Below, piece after piece: positions 50,201 through 58,999 of a stretch of 64,000 nucleotides of DNA. Position 1 is the stretch's first letter; each line of letters opens with the position of its first letter. Origin of the DNA: Giardia intestinalis (lineage: Eukaryota); the NCBI GenBank assembly GCA_000002435.2, contig CM018791.1; one strand, given 5' to 3'. The translations under genes were made by a program, and so were the position numbers. The notes beneath the pieces are model-generated. The model was not told where the DNA came from and ran no database searches. It saw nothing but the letters and a program-made list of their open reading frames with translations.

Positions 50201-50332
50201 TGGGAAGACCTCTCGAAGTCGTCGCTTTAACTTCAAAGCCGCGTGGATGTCGCTGAAAATCATGACGACCGGCGAGTCGTCCACTATCACCGTTATGGAT
50301 GCTACCTTCGCCTTGTGCTCATTTGGGATCAT
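47261..50332 (-). CDS. hypothetical protein (1023 aa) with a long Q/A/P/S-rich low-complexity centre
   Basis: It is a long ORF. It has a structured N-terminus (about 90 aa), a central region of about 450 aa that is low-complexity and rich in Gln, Ala, Pro, Gly and Ser, and a structured C-terminal third. Confidence 0.55.
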   Translation of the reverse strand: MIPNEHKAKVASITVIVDDSPVVMIFSDIHAALKLKRRLREVFPDTVFTKNIENEMLEKQAKKVAGLIIQRRLFISPTLSDEDLRIEIQGKINPGTFMKRSATPVAVGAPWPSSYESALSEKIKEAEKHVEKFASASQPQAPGVDMRSKIVYSAPAGSAAFAKSEQQQPQPQVFGRRSDSHVNQFLTPANLATAAGASQVQGDIPVHAASIIPIPIHNGVTNPLTSANIFGPNAVNPGPNIIALGNVPLAQGSTNNMAASTSMASGQGPQIRVLTIPQLQAGAVTNQQGGYATALSNRILAHQPILGANYQGLAAYATTGSQPAPYVAALQQNAQQIAQLIPGSAVLTQLAAPGAMVGKVASQAPNVMPLSVQPAVHPAVAPVSISSATMVGQSKSQLDSADLSIPNSATITDHQADQTRASDPPLSSMNTSYYSQPPMSDNSEIIFTIDSDECTDYPNTQEACCVNSHNILSMNDIPMAEQIGSSSSPLLELITKWSRMIRQSRPASPMSVTQQEGEFYQYYKHLNTDNAPHPSVKPTAPKLWAPADQLSLFISVYDQIFTGTPDNIKQAWEGHKRAFLDSSVTTTKTAVHAIENNTIDVHDLSSSSSPSSPSPSPVHSSFLPQSSSSLSSSSKTVENAMEAPATQPIDDIPQGAANPVAGLTSQLKEARESEPSAFSKHIFATVPTNPNMSALQAGQELLNIGFPDKQKFFSDLLTQFPSTVSVSELAQINPNLSSLLSNSVATLGVDQRQKQDLGVQEATAQMLTHLNFVNGKSSDIDNLLRNCQPPLTYLRAPNELPLKTLFTAPTSNWGSSMPTIDCLFPPNKNIQVDVILLLYLLSFGGAVDEVKSDNDDLNFLPSEASSQILKEYTRKRCVELQHKLLTLYHQEDFLELKAGTPSLYSRGNIRTTVTNYVTCAQNTNLNLHLSLQTDNNPGKAVLSLPCVLLDSEHLALILPRTKEASIGKDKEIDRLLESITFMNGKLTRREFYSRGRASQMIPSISSITLGSGTDSDLKKHVRL

Positions 50333-50709
50333 TCTTACCCTTGAAATTTTTTAATTGGAAGAAAGCTCAGGTTATACGAGAATAAGTATTTTGATATTGA
50401 ATGCTACATGAGAATAAGGTAAGGTCAGTTCCTCCAGAGATATATCTCTATCTCAGGATAACAACGTGAGCTTTTTCAAAGTACTCCCATAATTCACTGC
50501 AATTTGAACTACAAGTTAACGAGGCCAGCACGAGATCTTGTGACGCTGCTGATGGGTCGTGACTTCTAGTTACTGGTAACCCTGCTGGCACAATGTCTTT
50601 ATAGAACGGTGTCACAAAAAGTGTTCAATTGTTTAACTGCTTAGTTGTCTAGGCATTTGAACACCTCCTCAGCACCATCCTAAGGACTTTCTTATGTTTG
50701 CTATGATGT

Positions 50710-51057
50710 CTACGCCGCTTGGACTTCGTAATTTTCAACGACAGGAATTATGGGTTTGAGATGGGCAACTGTAAGGGTTGTGCCAAAACGCCTGCAAGTG
50801 TCCAGGATAGTCTGACATGGCACAATGGCATCTCCAGTCGAGTTGATAAGCACTGCTTCGAGCTGGGGTATTTCAAACGCCCGAGCTGCTAGGCGAATGA
50901 CCTTTTCGGTGGATGAGGCTTCTGGGATGTTAAATACATGGTACGTGTAGAAGGGGTCAAAACCCTTATATATCTTGACTTGAATCATACGCTTCTGGGC
51001 CAGATATGCCTCCTTGAGCTCGTCAGAAACGGGTATTGTCTGGCTAATCATCTTCAC
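50710..51057 (-). CDS. small hypothetical protein (115 aa), possible beta-grasp fold
   Basis: It is a short ORF between two long genes. The alternating hydrophobic pattern (VKIYKGFDPFYTYHVFNIP...LTVAHLKPIIPV) may indicate a ubiquitin-like fold. This is a weak call. Confidence 0.35.
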   Translation of the reverse strand: MKMISQTIPVSDELKEAYLAQKRMIQVKIYKGFDPFYTYHVFNIPEASSTEKVIRLAARAFEIPQLEAVLINSTGDAIVPCQTILDTCRRFGTTLTVAHLKPIIPVVENYEVQAA

Positions 51058-51241
51058 TCTTTTGTTTAATCTTGAAGTTTTAATCCTGAACCAGCCTTTG
51101 AACAGAGATTGAAGTAGTATGTGTTATTACCAATAGTTGTTACCAATAGTTGTGTTGCCGCCTCTACCTCGTATCCACTCCAGCTCACTCTCAGCGCAGA
51201 CTAATAGCTGTGTACTTCGCGAAAAATTAAATTTTAGGTAA

Positions 51242-52906
51242 ATGGATACCTCCTACATCCACTCAACACCTTCTATGACAGCTGGGCTTCTCCCGGCATT
51301 CATATATCCTCCTATTACTCCGCGTGTGGCCCCTACGCGCGAAATAAACCATCTTCTGGACCAGTCCCATGCCCTGGCCTCAAGGTGCGAAATCCCGCAA
51401 TCAATCAAACTTTTTCTAAAAGCCGAGCAATTGTGGAACGAGCATGGAAATATTAGTAAGGAAGATCATGTTTATCTTCTCGTTTATCGTGGATTTCTAT
51501 ATAGTTTATATTACCAGACCGCAGAAGATAAAGTTGGACGCGCTGGCCTAGAGTTGGCTGTGGTGTGTTATATGGAGGCAATTGATCTTGCAGAGTCAAT
51601 CTTGCCCCACACAGCTGACACGGCACTCCCAAGGATGTATCTTGCTCTAGAGCTCTACTATGCACGCTGCTACGAGAAGGCTACAGTCCTGCTCAAACAG
51701 GCTGAAGCAATAGTGCGCAATGCTGAGGGTCCTCGATCTCTTTTAGTCCATATGTGCTCATACAACATACTGGCCTGCTATGTAGTCATGCTGCAGTACA
51801 GTAACGAGTACCGTGCAGGCTTAATCTCCACTCTCGCTGCTGATCAACTCCATGGGAGCGACACACCTTTTCCAATAGATCATCGTTTAATCAAGGAGCT
51901 AGGCAGTCTTGGCGTGCAGTCGCTCCAAGGCCTGGGCCAACAGTATAGGTACTTAGACAACATCATTTCAAATGCACAGCTGCTAGAGCCACCAGAGCAC
52001 AAGAAGCTCGATGAGCTACTTGCTATGGGTCTTGGCCAGCAGGGAGAGCTGTTCCGGAAGGACGTTCTGGAGAAGATCAAAGGCAACCCACAACTATATG
52101 AAGGATGCAATAGTCTAATCATGTTTGACTTTTTGCAGAGTAGCGAGTTTTTGCAGGCAGGATCTCTGGGAATATGCCAGCCGGAAGCTCTCCTTGGCAA
52201 AGAGTTACTGGACAGCAAAACTGGAAGCCCTGGAGCAAATGCATCGTTACTTCTCCAAACTACTGCAAACAATGGACCCCGCATCAGTTCACTTGCTAGA
52301 GATCTCACTGAATCACGGTACAGACAGGAGCAAGAGCGCTCTATACCAGCTACACATGCCTCGTCCCCTTGCTTAATTAATCAACAAGTTATGAATGCAG
52401 GTACTTATTCACTCTCAACGCCATCAAGTGGTGTACCCAATGCCCGCTGTCCAGCAAACCCCGCTGGCGACCTTGTTGGCATAACCCCGCCTGGAACAAG
52501 AGCCATGAACAGCAACCATAGTAATCCAGACATGGAGGCCTCCATATCCTACAAACTAAACTTCCCGGTAGAGACCTTGGCATATACAATGGATGAAGAC
52601 GACCTGTACGCCGTTATAACAGAATTGGGTTCGATTGAAAAGTCTATGCGCCAGATGGTTGGAAGCACACATTATTATACTACAGCGGTCCAGCGTCTGC
52701 GGCGTATATGTGAAGGGCTCCAAGAGGCAACCTTGCTAAGAAACGACAAAGACGTGATGGCTAGGGGGCTCGATGCATTCAAGCACAAGTTCCGATACTT
52801 ATCATCAGTTGAGGTAAAGCCAAAAATGCTGGGCTCTGGTGGCAAGCCAAAGAAAGAGAAGGGCGCCAAAGGTAAGAAAGGTAGCAAAGGCAAGGTAAGG
52901 AAATGA
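51242..52906 (+). CDS. hypothetical protein (554 aa) with a TPR-like N-terminus and a Lys/Gly-rich C-terminal tail
   Basis: It is a long ORF whose C-terminus is GSGGKPKKEKGAKGKKGSKGKVRK. Confidence 0.55.
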   Translation: MDTSYIHSTPSMTAGLLPAFIYPPITPRVAPTREINHLLDQSHALASRCEIPQSIKLFLKAEQLWNEHGNISKEDHVYLLVYRGFLYSLYYQTAEDKVGRAGLELAVVCYMEAIDLAESILPHTADTALPRMYLALELYYARCYEKATVLLKQAEAIVRNAEGPRSLLVHMCSYNILACYVVMLQYSNEYRAGLISTLAADQLHGSDTPFPIDHRLIKELGSLGVQSLQGLGQQYRYLDNIISNAQLLEPPEHKKLDELLAMGLGQQGELFRKDVLEKIKGNPQLYEGCNSLIMFDFLQSSEFLQAGSLGICQPEALLGKELLDSKTGSPGANASLLLQTTANNGPRISSLARDLTESRYRQEQERSIPATHASSPCLINQQVMNAGTYSLSTPSSGVPNARCPANPAGDLVGITPPGTRAMNSNHSNPDMEASISYKLNFPVETLAYTMDEDDLYAVITELGSIEKSMRQMVGSTHYYTTAVQRLRRICEGLQEATLLRNDKDVMARGLDAFKHKFRYLSSVEVKPKMLGSGGKPKKEKGAKGKKGSKGKVRK

Positions 52907-52914
52907 GATGCGGC

Positions 52915-53175
52915 CTACACACTAATCAGCCGTGTATGCACGTACACCTGAGACCTATCTGTGATTCCACACTCGTGAATAGTCATTTCTCGCTCCAATT
53001 CATAGCCATTATATGTGAGGACCATGAATTCTGGCTCACAGCAATAGAAGCGTTGAAGCATCGTCTTCAGTTCGAAGATGGTATGATTGGGGTCAACATC
53101 CACAGCTGCTTTCACGGCATTGTCATCTGTCGCAAATACCCACATTTTGGTCTTTTCTAATTTTAAAAATGTCAT
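52915..53175 (-). CDS. small ubiquitin-like (beta-grasp) domain protein (86 aa)
   Basis: MWVFATDDNAVKAAVDVDPNHTIFELKTMLQRFYCCEPEFMVLTYNGYELEREMTIHECGITDRSQVYVH follows the ubiquitin-fold pattern (I.V....V.V....TI.ELK..I......P..Q.LIY.G..L.D..TL.E.GI...S.I.L). It has no C-terminal GG. Confidence 0.5.
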   Translation of the reverse strand: MTFLKLEKTKMWVFATDDNAVKAAVDVDPNHTIFELKTMLQRFYCCEPEFMVLTYNGYELEREMTIHECGITDRSQVYVHTRLISV

Positions 53176-53969
53176 TTACACACGTTGATCCCCCTGCTGG
53201 TACCCGCGGCTATGAGATCGAGCGAGCGGCAATTAATATCGTTGCACTAAAAACAGATAGAAGGGGTGCTTTATTTTTGACTGATGAGTCGCTTATCTAT
53301 CACGGTAATAACTTCAGCTTCCATGTTCCTCTCCGTGATATAACACTCCACGAAGCGTCAGCAGGGATCTTTGAGTCGCCGTTCATTAAGTTGACCTTCC
53401 AAATCCCCAGTAAAGATATGGCGGGTACGATCAAGTTCAATTTCAAGAGTAGATCCTTTGATACCTTTGTATCCGTGTTTCCTGTCATGTATGCAAAAGC
53501 TCGTCAAGAGGCGCTTCAAGCACCAAAGCCGCCAGCAGCACCGAATTATGCTATGGGTAACGCTGATACCATCAGAGAGAGAGAAGCTCCTAATGCTTTG
53601 CCGCCGCCACCAAGTAATCCACCAAGTAATGTGCCCCCATACCCTGGGCTCCCTGCTAACATAGACACTATGGAGACACTTAGAAGTTTGACGAAGGTAC
53701 GACCATATTCACATCTGCAGCAACAGCAACAGCAACAACAGCAGCAAGTGCAGCAGCAACCATATGTAACAACTGTCACCGCACTAGAAGCACCAGTAGC
53801 AATAATTGAACAGGAAAACCGCCCTCTTTTAGAAGAGGACAGCCAGGCCTTCCGTACAGTGTATGAATCTACGTGGGGAGTAGTGTACAACAAGGATTTC
53901 GACCCGAAAAATGCTTCAAAGGAGGATCAGCTGGGAATAACACAGTGTCTGCGCCCGGCCATGGACTAG
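53169..53969 (+). CDS. hypothetical protein (266 aa) with a polyglutamine tract
   Basis: The ORF has an N-terminal PH/GRAM-like beta-rich region (a weak call), a Pro-rich segment and a HLQQQQQQQQQQVQQQ tract. Confidence 0.5.
   Translation: MSFTHVDPPAGTRGYEIERAAINIVALKTDRRGALFLTDESLIYHGNNFSFHVPLRDITLHEASAGIFESPFIKLTFQIPSKDMAGTIKFNFKSRSFDTFVSVFPVMYAKARQEALQAPKPPAAPNYAMGNADTIREREAPNALPPPPSNPPSNVPPYPGLPANIDTMETLRSLTKVRPYSHLQQQQQQQQQQVQQQPYVTTVTALEAPVAIIEQENRPLLEEDSQAFRTVYESTWGVVYNKDFDPKNASKEDQLGITQCLRPAMD
53718..53762 (+). repeat. CAG/CAA trinucleotide microsatellite encoding polyQ
   Basis: The sequence (CAGCAA)n CAACAGCAGCAAGTGCAGCAGCAA is visible directly within the CDS at 53169..53969. Confidence 0.8.
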
Positions 53970-54000
53970 TTACCCACTGCCATCGATAATCTGGCAGGAG

Positions 54001-54786
54001 CTATTGCTTGTCGGATGGTATGTACGCCAAGAAAAAGTAATTGTGAGCGTCCTCAAAGCGGCACGCTATCTCTGTTTTGAATAGCACCATAGACGTTTTG
54101 GAAGTGAACTTCTTTGGGTCAAACGAGGTGTTGTGCGCAAACAGCGGGACACAACCATGGCGGAGGCAGTAGCGGGTGACGGCCTCCATTATGTCTTTGT
54201 CGTATCCGTGCCGCCTATACCCATGGTCAAAGGTCACGAGCACTTCAACACATGGTGTATCTGGAGAGAGCTCAATTAGTGCTGGAGTAATGTCCTTGCC
54301 AGCGAGTGGGGCTCCTGACCCAGCAGTGCTCTCGGATAGAGGCGTGTCCGGTGGCTTAGAAAAGACGGCGCTATTAGCAACTTCTTGAGGTGGGTCACAA
54401 TTGGAGAACGGCACCTCCGAGAGAACAAGACCCATGGGGTGGAAGGAAAGGATACCTACCGGCTCAAAGGTCTCTATCTCCGCAATCATGAAGAGGAACG
54501 TAAGCGATATGGACTTGTAGGAAGAAAGAACAGTTAAGAAAAATTCGTTAAGAAGTTCTGGCGTATTCTTGTCAGATACCGGGAACCCTATGCGCCGTCG
54601 AAGATATTTGCTTCGGAATGTGCTGATAAATGTGCATAGGTCTTGAGATATTAGAGGCCGAACAAACACGTGGTTGGCTAGTATAACGCTGGGAAATGGC
54701 ATAGACATTTTCTCCGCGTTCTGCATACTCCTGTAGGACACCGTTATGTCGTATCGCCCGTCATATTCTTGTCCATCTTTAAGCAT
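54001..54786 (-). CDS. GNAT-family N-acetyltransferase-like protein
   Basis: A motif-A-like segment is present: VLVTFDHGYRRHGYDKDIMEAVTRYCLRHGC. This matches the V.V...YRRxGxG..L...A pattern. The ORF track starts at 54816. I prefer the Met 10 codons downstream (ATG at 54786), which leaves an AT-rich promoter in the gap with the divergent neighbour. Confidence 0.45.
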   Translation of the reverse strand: MLKDGQEYDGRYDITVSYRSMQNAEKMSMPFPSVILANHVFVRPLISQDLCTFISTFRSKYLRRRIGFPVSDKNTPELLNEFFLTVLSSYKSISLTFLFMIAEIETFEPVGILSFHPMGLVLSEVPFSNCDPPQEVANSAVFSKPPDTPLSESTAGSGAPLAGKDITPALIELSPDTPCVEVLVTFDHGYRRHGYDKDIMEAVTRYCLRHGCVPLFAHNTSFDPKKFTSKTSMVLFKTEIACRFEDAHNYFFLAYIPSDKQ

Positions 54787-54818
54787 TTTAAATTTAAAAG
54801 GAAAGACTTCGAGCACGA
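54787..54818. promoter_or_regulatory. candidate bidirectional AT-rich initiator region
   Basis: The tract TTTAAATTTAAAAGG lies in the roughly 30 bp between divergent start codons at 54786(-) and 54819(+). Giardia promoters are known to be short and AT-rich and to sit immediately upstream of the ATG. Confidence 0.35.
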
Positions 54819-55631
54819 TTGCATAGGATGCTATTGTCCCCCGCTGCCTTTGACATTGCCCAGGTTCAGCGTTTGGGTAGGCTCTTTGTCAACGTTCAGC
54901 GGCGTGTTCAGCAGACAGCCACAGGTCTCACTACAGCGAACAGCAATATGCCGTATCTTTTAATTATGAACCTGCTTGATACCTTACGAAAAAGCTGCAC
55001 CACGGGTGAGTGTCATTACTATGTTGTTCCGTTGTATTCTTCAAACATGAACAGCAGAGTGACGTTTCTTTCCTGCAACAACGCTATCCATTCTGACACA
55101 TCTGATGAGTCCATCCGACACACACTAACCCTCCACTTATTCGGGTCTCAAGCGTGCTCCTCAGGATTTTTCCATACCGGCCTTCTAGTTCTAGAAGCGG
55201 ACCCTATTGACAGCACCTTCTACACAGAAGTTGATGTCTTAGCATCCACTGTTTTGCATGCGGATTCAGTAATTTATATAGCGGATTTGCCTATGAGTGC
55301 CCGCTTTGCGTCTAGTCAGTTAGAGGAAGACTTTTGTGTTCGCTCTATGCTGGGCAAAGTCCCTGGTGTGCTGGCGCTGGAAGGCCATGAGAAGCTGTCT
55401 ATTAAGGAGCTACGCGACGCATTCAAGGATATAGTAGAAGATGCCGTTGCAGATATTCTTTCAGGATTGCTCGAGTATGAACCTGAATCCTCTAACAAGA
55501 CTACACAGGCTCTTACGTCCTTTGTACTAATTTATGTACCAGTCACTTGCACCATCTTGGATGAGTGCTACTTAAAAAGTATGTCTCTGCATTTGCATAA
55601 GCTTTCAGAGCTATTAGCTTTTACTACCTAA
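54819..55631 (+). CDS. hypothetical protein (270 aa)
   Basis: It is an ORF divergent from the GNAT-like gene. No domain was recognised. Confidence 0.4.
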   Translation: MHRMLLSPAAFDIAQVQRLGRLFVNVQRRVQQTATGLTTANSNMPYLLIMNLLDTLRKSCTTGECHYYVVPLYSSNMNSRVTFLSCNNAIHSDTSDESIRHTLTLHLFGSQACSSGFFHTGLLVLEADPIDSTFYTEVDVLASTVLHADSVIYIADLPMSARFASSQLEEDFCVRSMLGKVPGVLALEGHEKLSIKELRDAFKDIVEDAVADILSGLLEYEPESSNKTTQALTSFVLIYVPVTCTILDECYLKSMSLHLHKLSELLAFTT

Positions 55632-56213
55632 CTCACGATTTGTTCCATCAACCGATCGCTTCTAGTTCTTAATGTTAATAAGTTCCTATTTACAAATTAG
55701 AACCGAGAGTCGTATAAACAAATTATCTTGTTACCTAGCTGTGTTTAGCGGTACTACACTTAGGGACTATCATCTACAGACAGCGCAGATCTGCTCCAGC
55801 AGGTCTTCCATGCCATCTTCAGCAGATGAGGCGGCTACAGTGAGAGGCTTGACGAGGCTAATCAAACAGGTCTTGAGAGTCAATCCCCTGGAGTAGTTGA
55901 GAGAGGAAGAGCCATTGGCCACCTGAGATTCAAAAGGCCTTGAGGCCATAGGTAGGATGAGCAACCGTACGGCAGTAGTGACATATGTATCAGCTAAGCA
56001 CAACTGCCTATCTGGAGACTCTAACACACAGGACACGAGGTGAGCCCAGAGGAGAGATCCTTGACGTTCCCAGATTCACCCTCGGGGAACTCTATGAGAG
56101 GCTGGATAGCGTGCTTAGCGAAGGCATCATGGGCATAGTCTGATCCCTCAAAGGCTATCCGAGCCTTGCCGTGGAGGAGATCCAGCTCGACGGTCTGGGT
56201 CAGCACGGTGTAG

Positions 56214-58761
56214 ATGCCATCAAGCTCGAGCTGGCCGCTCTTCTTAACCTCCCACCCAGACGTTCTCAGACACCACCAGGTGCTTACGGACGAGGGCTTC
56301 ACCTACATTGTCATAGACCGCCACGACAGTACCCTCGAGCGCCCCCTCGCCAAGCACAAACGAGGGAGGATCCCCGTCCCTATCACTATGATCCTCTCTG
56401 TCATGAAGCAGGTCGCTGCCGCCCTCGCCTACCTCCACGGCCTCAGTGGGGCAAACACTAGAGGCCTCGTCCACTGCGACCTCAGGCCTGCCAACGTCCT
56501 TATCAGCGCAGATGGTGAGTACTTCATCATCGCTGGCCTCGAACTCTGCAAGGACGCCCTGTGGAGTGAGAGCACCATTGCAGGCATGGCAGCGTACATG
56601 GCCCCCGAGGTGCTCCTCCACAACGAGCCCAGCCCCGCCTCTGACGTGTGGAGCCTCGGGGTCATCGTCTACGAGATGGCCACTCTAAGGAAACCGGACT
56701 TCCTGAAAGGTAAGGAGCCAGCAGAGGTCTTCGTCGATGAGTGGAGGCCGGACCTGAGCGGTGTCACTGATGGCTTCATACAGAATGTTCTGGAGAGGAT
56801 CTTTGTATTGGAGCCAGAGAGGAGGCCGACAGCCAGTGAGCTGCATGAGACACTCACTGCGGCTGACATCCCAGTTGGTGAGCTGGGGGGTCAGTGCGTG
56901 ATGCTGAAGTACAAGTGCGGATCCTTGGAGGCTGCGCTGAATGGCGCTAACGCCAGGATCGCGCTGCTGGAAGAGGAGGTTAAGACTAAATCCACTAAGA
57001 TCGACGCACTTGAAGACCAAAGTAAGGAGCACCTAGTCATGATTAAGGCACTGGAGAATAGGCTTGCACAGTTCGGTGACAGGATGAACACGGCTGGCCC
57101 TCAGTCCAGCCTCTTTTTGTTGCCCAGGCTGATGCGTGCTGCGCATACGAACGGCATGGAGACCGTCCGGATGCTGCTTGAAGAAAGACTCGGTGTTGGT
57201 CAGCGTGACGCACAGGGGATGACGGCCCTCATGCACGCGGGCCAGCAGGGGCATGTTGATCCCGTCGAATTGCTTGTTGGGGAGGAGAATGGCCTCCGGG
57301 ACAAGAGCGGCTGGACTGCGCTCATGCACGCCGTACACAACAACCATCCTGAGGTAGCCAAGATTATTGCCCCCTACAAGCATAGGAAGAGGAATAGGGA
57401 CAGCCGGACTGCTCTGATGATGGCCGCAGAAGAGGAGTATGCAGAGATTGTTTCCCTTCTGGCCCCACATAAGACTGACAGTGAACGCAACACAAGCTTG
57501 ATGAATGCTGCAACTAACTCGCCTGCAAAAACTGTTGAGGTGATGGTTGGGCATGAATATGGTTTTGGAGACTCGCATGGCCGTGCCGCTTTGATAATAG
57601 CAGCGTAGGAGGGAAATCTTAAGACGCTCAGAGCCCTCATTGAGTACGAGAAGGGGCTGAAGGATAATAATGGTTGCACTGCCCTCGTCCACGCAGTTCG
57701 AGTTGGTCACCGGGATGTTGCAAAGCTTCTCATGATACAAGAGAAGGACGCCGCTGGCTGGACAATGCCCATGTACACCGCAGCACTCGAAGACACGGAC
57801 ATGGTGTCCCAACACCTCGATGAAAAGGATCAGAGGGACAAGCAAGGCCAGACAGCCCTCATCATCGCTGCCCAGAACGGAAGGGGCGAGACGGTGAAGC
57901 TTCTGATGAAGCATGAGAATGGTGTCCCTGGCTTGATAAGCCTTATCTGCTCAGCGTGTCTTGGCGACGTCTATGCAGTCAAGAGCAGTATCCACGAGAA
58001 GGGGCATGCAGACATCATTGGGATGACGGCATTCATGTGGGCTGCATACCAGGGCCATCAGGGAGCAGTGGAGATCCTCCTCGAACACAAGAAAGGGATG
58101 GAGGACAAGGACGGGAACACAGCCTCCGCGTACACCCTCATGAACAAGCATACAAGCATAGCCATATTTCTTCGCGAGCATGAGGCTCCCTGTGGACCCC
58201 TTTCATGTGTGCATCCTTCACTGAAGAAATTGGCATGGTGAGGAAGCACTTTTCTGAAACGAAAAAAGAAACAATGATGATAAGACTGTGCTAACAACGC
58301 TGCAAAAACAAGATATGAAGATGTTATGGAATTCGTCGATTCAATCAATAACAAGGGTGTCATACGCTCATGTGAGCCGCCGACAGAAATGGCCCAGCAG
58401 CTGTGAAGGAGCTTGCTTCGCTTCAGGCAGGCAGAAGGCGTCATGATACCTCAATATAGACAACTGGATTATATACAAGGGAACTACGCTGATAAGAGCA
58501 GCGGCGTGTGACCATACAGAAGTGACGAGATTGCTCCTGGAGAAGGAGGGAAGTGTGCAGAATAATCGCAGTAAGACAATCCTCATGCTAACAATACGTA
58601 ACGATCAGATAGAGTGCGCGAGACTCCTTGCAGAGAAGGAGAGTGATATAAGTAAGGGCACACTCTTAGGCATAGCCAGACAGAGAGGCAATGAAGGCCC
58701 TCTTCTTGGAGTAGCCAAAGTAAACAGTGAATATCTCTACATCAGATCTCCACACAGGTAA
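56214..58761 (+). pseudogene. decayed NEK-like kinase/ankyrin-repeat gene (C-lobe-only kinase, in-frame TAG, frameshift)
   Basis: The reading frame opens at kinase beta4-beta5 and the hinge (LFLTSHPDVLRHHQVLTDEGFTYIVIDRHD). It retains HCDLRPAN but has AGLEL in place of DFG. There is a stop codon directly upstream in the same frame, so there is no N-lobe. The ankyrin array is interrupted by a TAG at 57606..57608 (...GRAALIIAA*EGNLKTLRALIEYE..., probably CAG to TAG). It continues in the same frame to 58241. ANK-like repeats then resume in a +1 frame (TTLIRAAACDHTEVTRLLLEKEG..., 58440..58761). Confidence 0.6.
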
Positions 58762-58999
58762 TAGCCTCTGCCTTTGAAGACACATGCACAGATACTACCA
58801 TCTTCATATCATGATGACTGTAGCGCAGATCTCGGCAGTAGTAGCCGCTACTCCATGCTCCAGGGTTCTGTGCTGCTGGGGTCTATCTTGGCTTTGTTTA
58901 AAGATCTCACAAGCAAGCTTCCCTCAGTTCCTAGCCATCCCCAGAGATGAAGGGTAATCGCGGATAGCATAGTGAAAGATTTCCCTCTATCAGTACTCC

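Noticed and set aside
56171-56461. That the VDAIKLEL in the alternative + frame is the missing VAIK motif of the NEK kinase N-lobe
   Set aside because: It is encoded by the same nucleotides that, in the main frame, give the convincing beta4-beta5 and hinge segment (LFLTSHPDVLRHH...TYIVIDRHD). Both cannot be real. The spacing to the hinge would also be too short.
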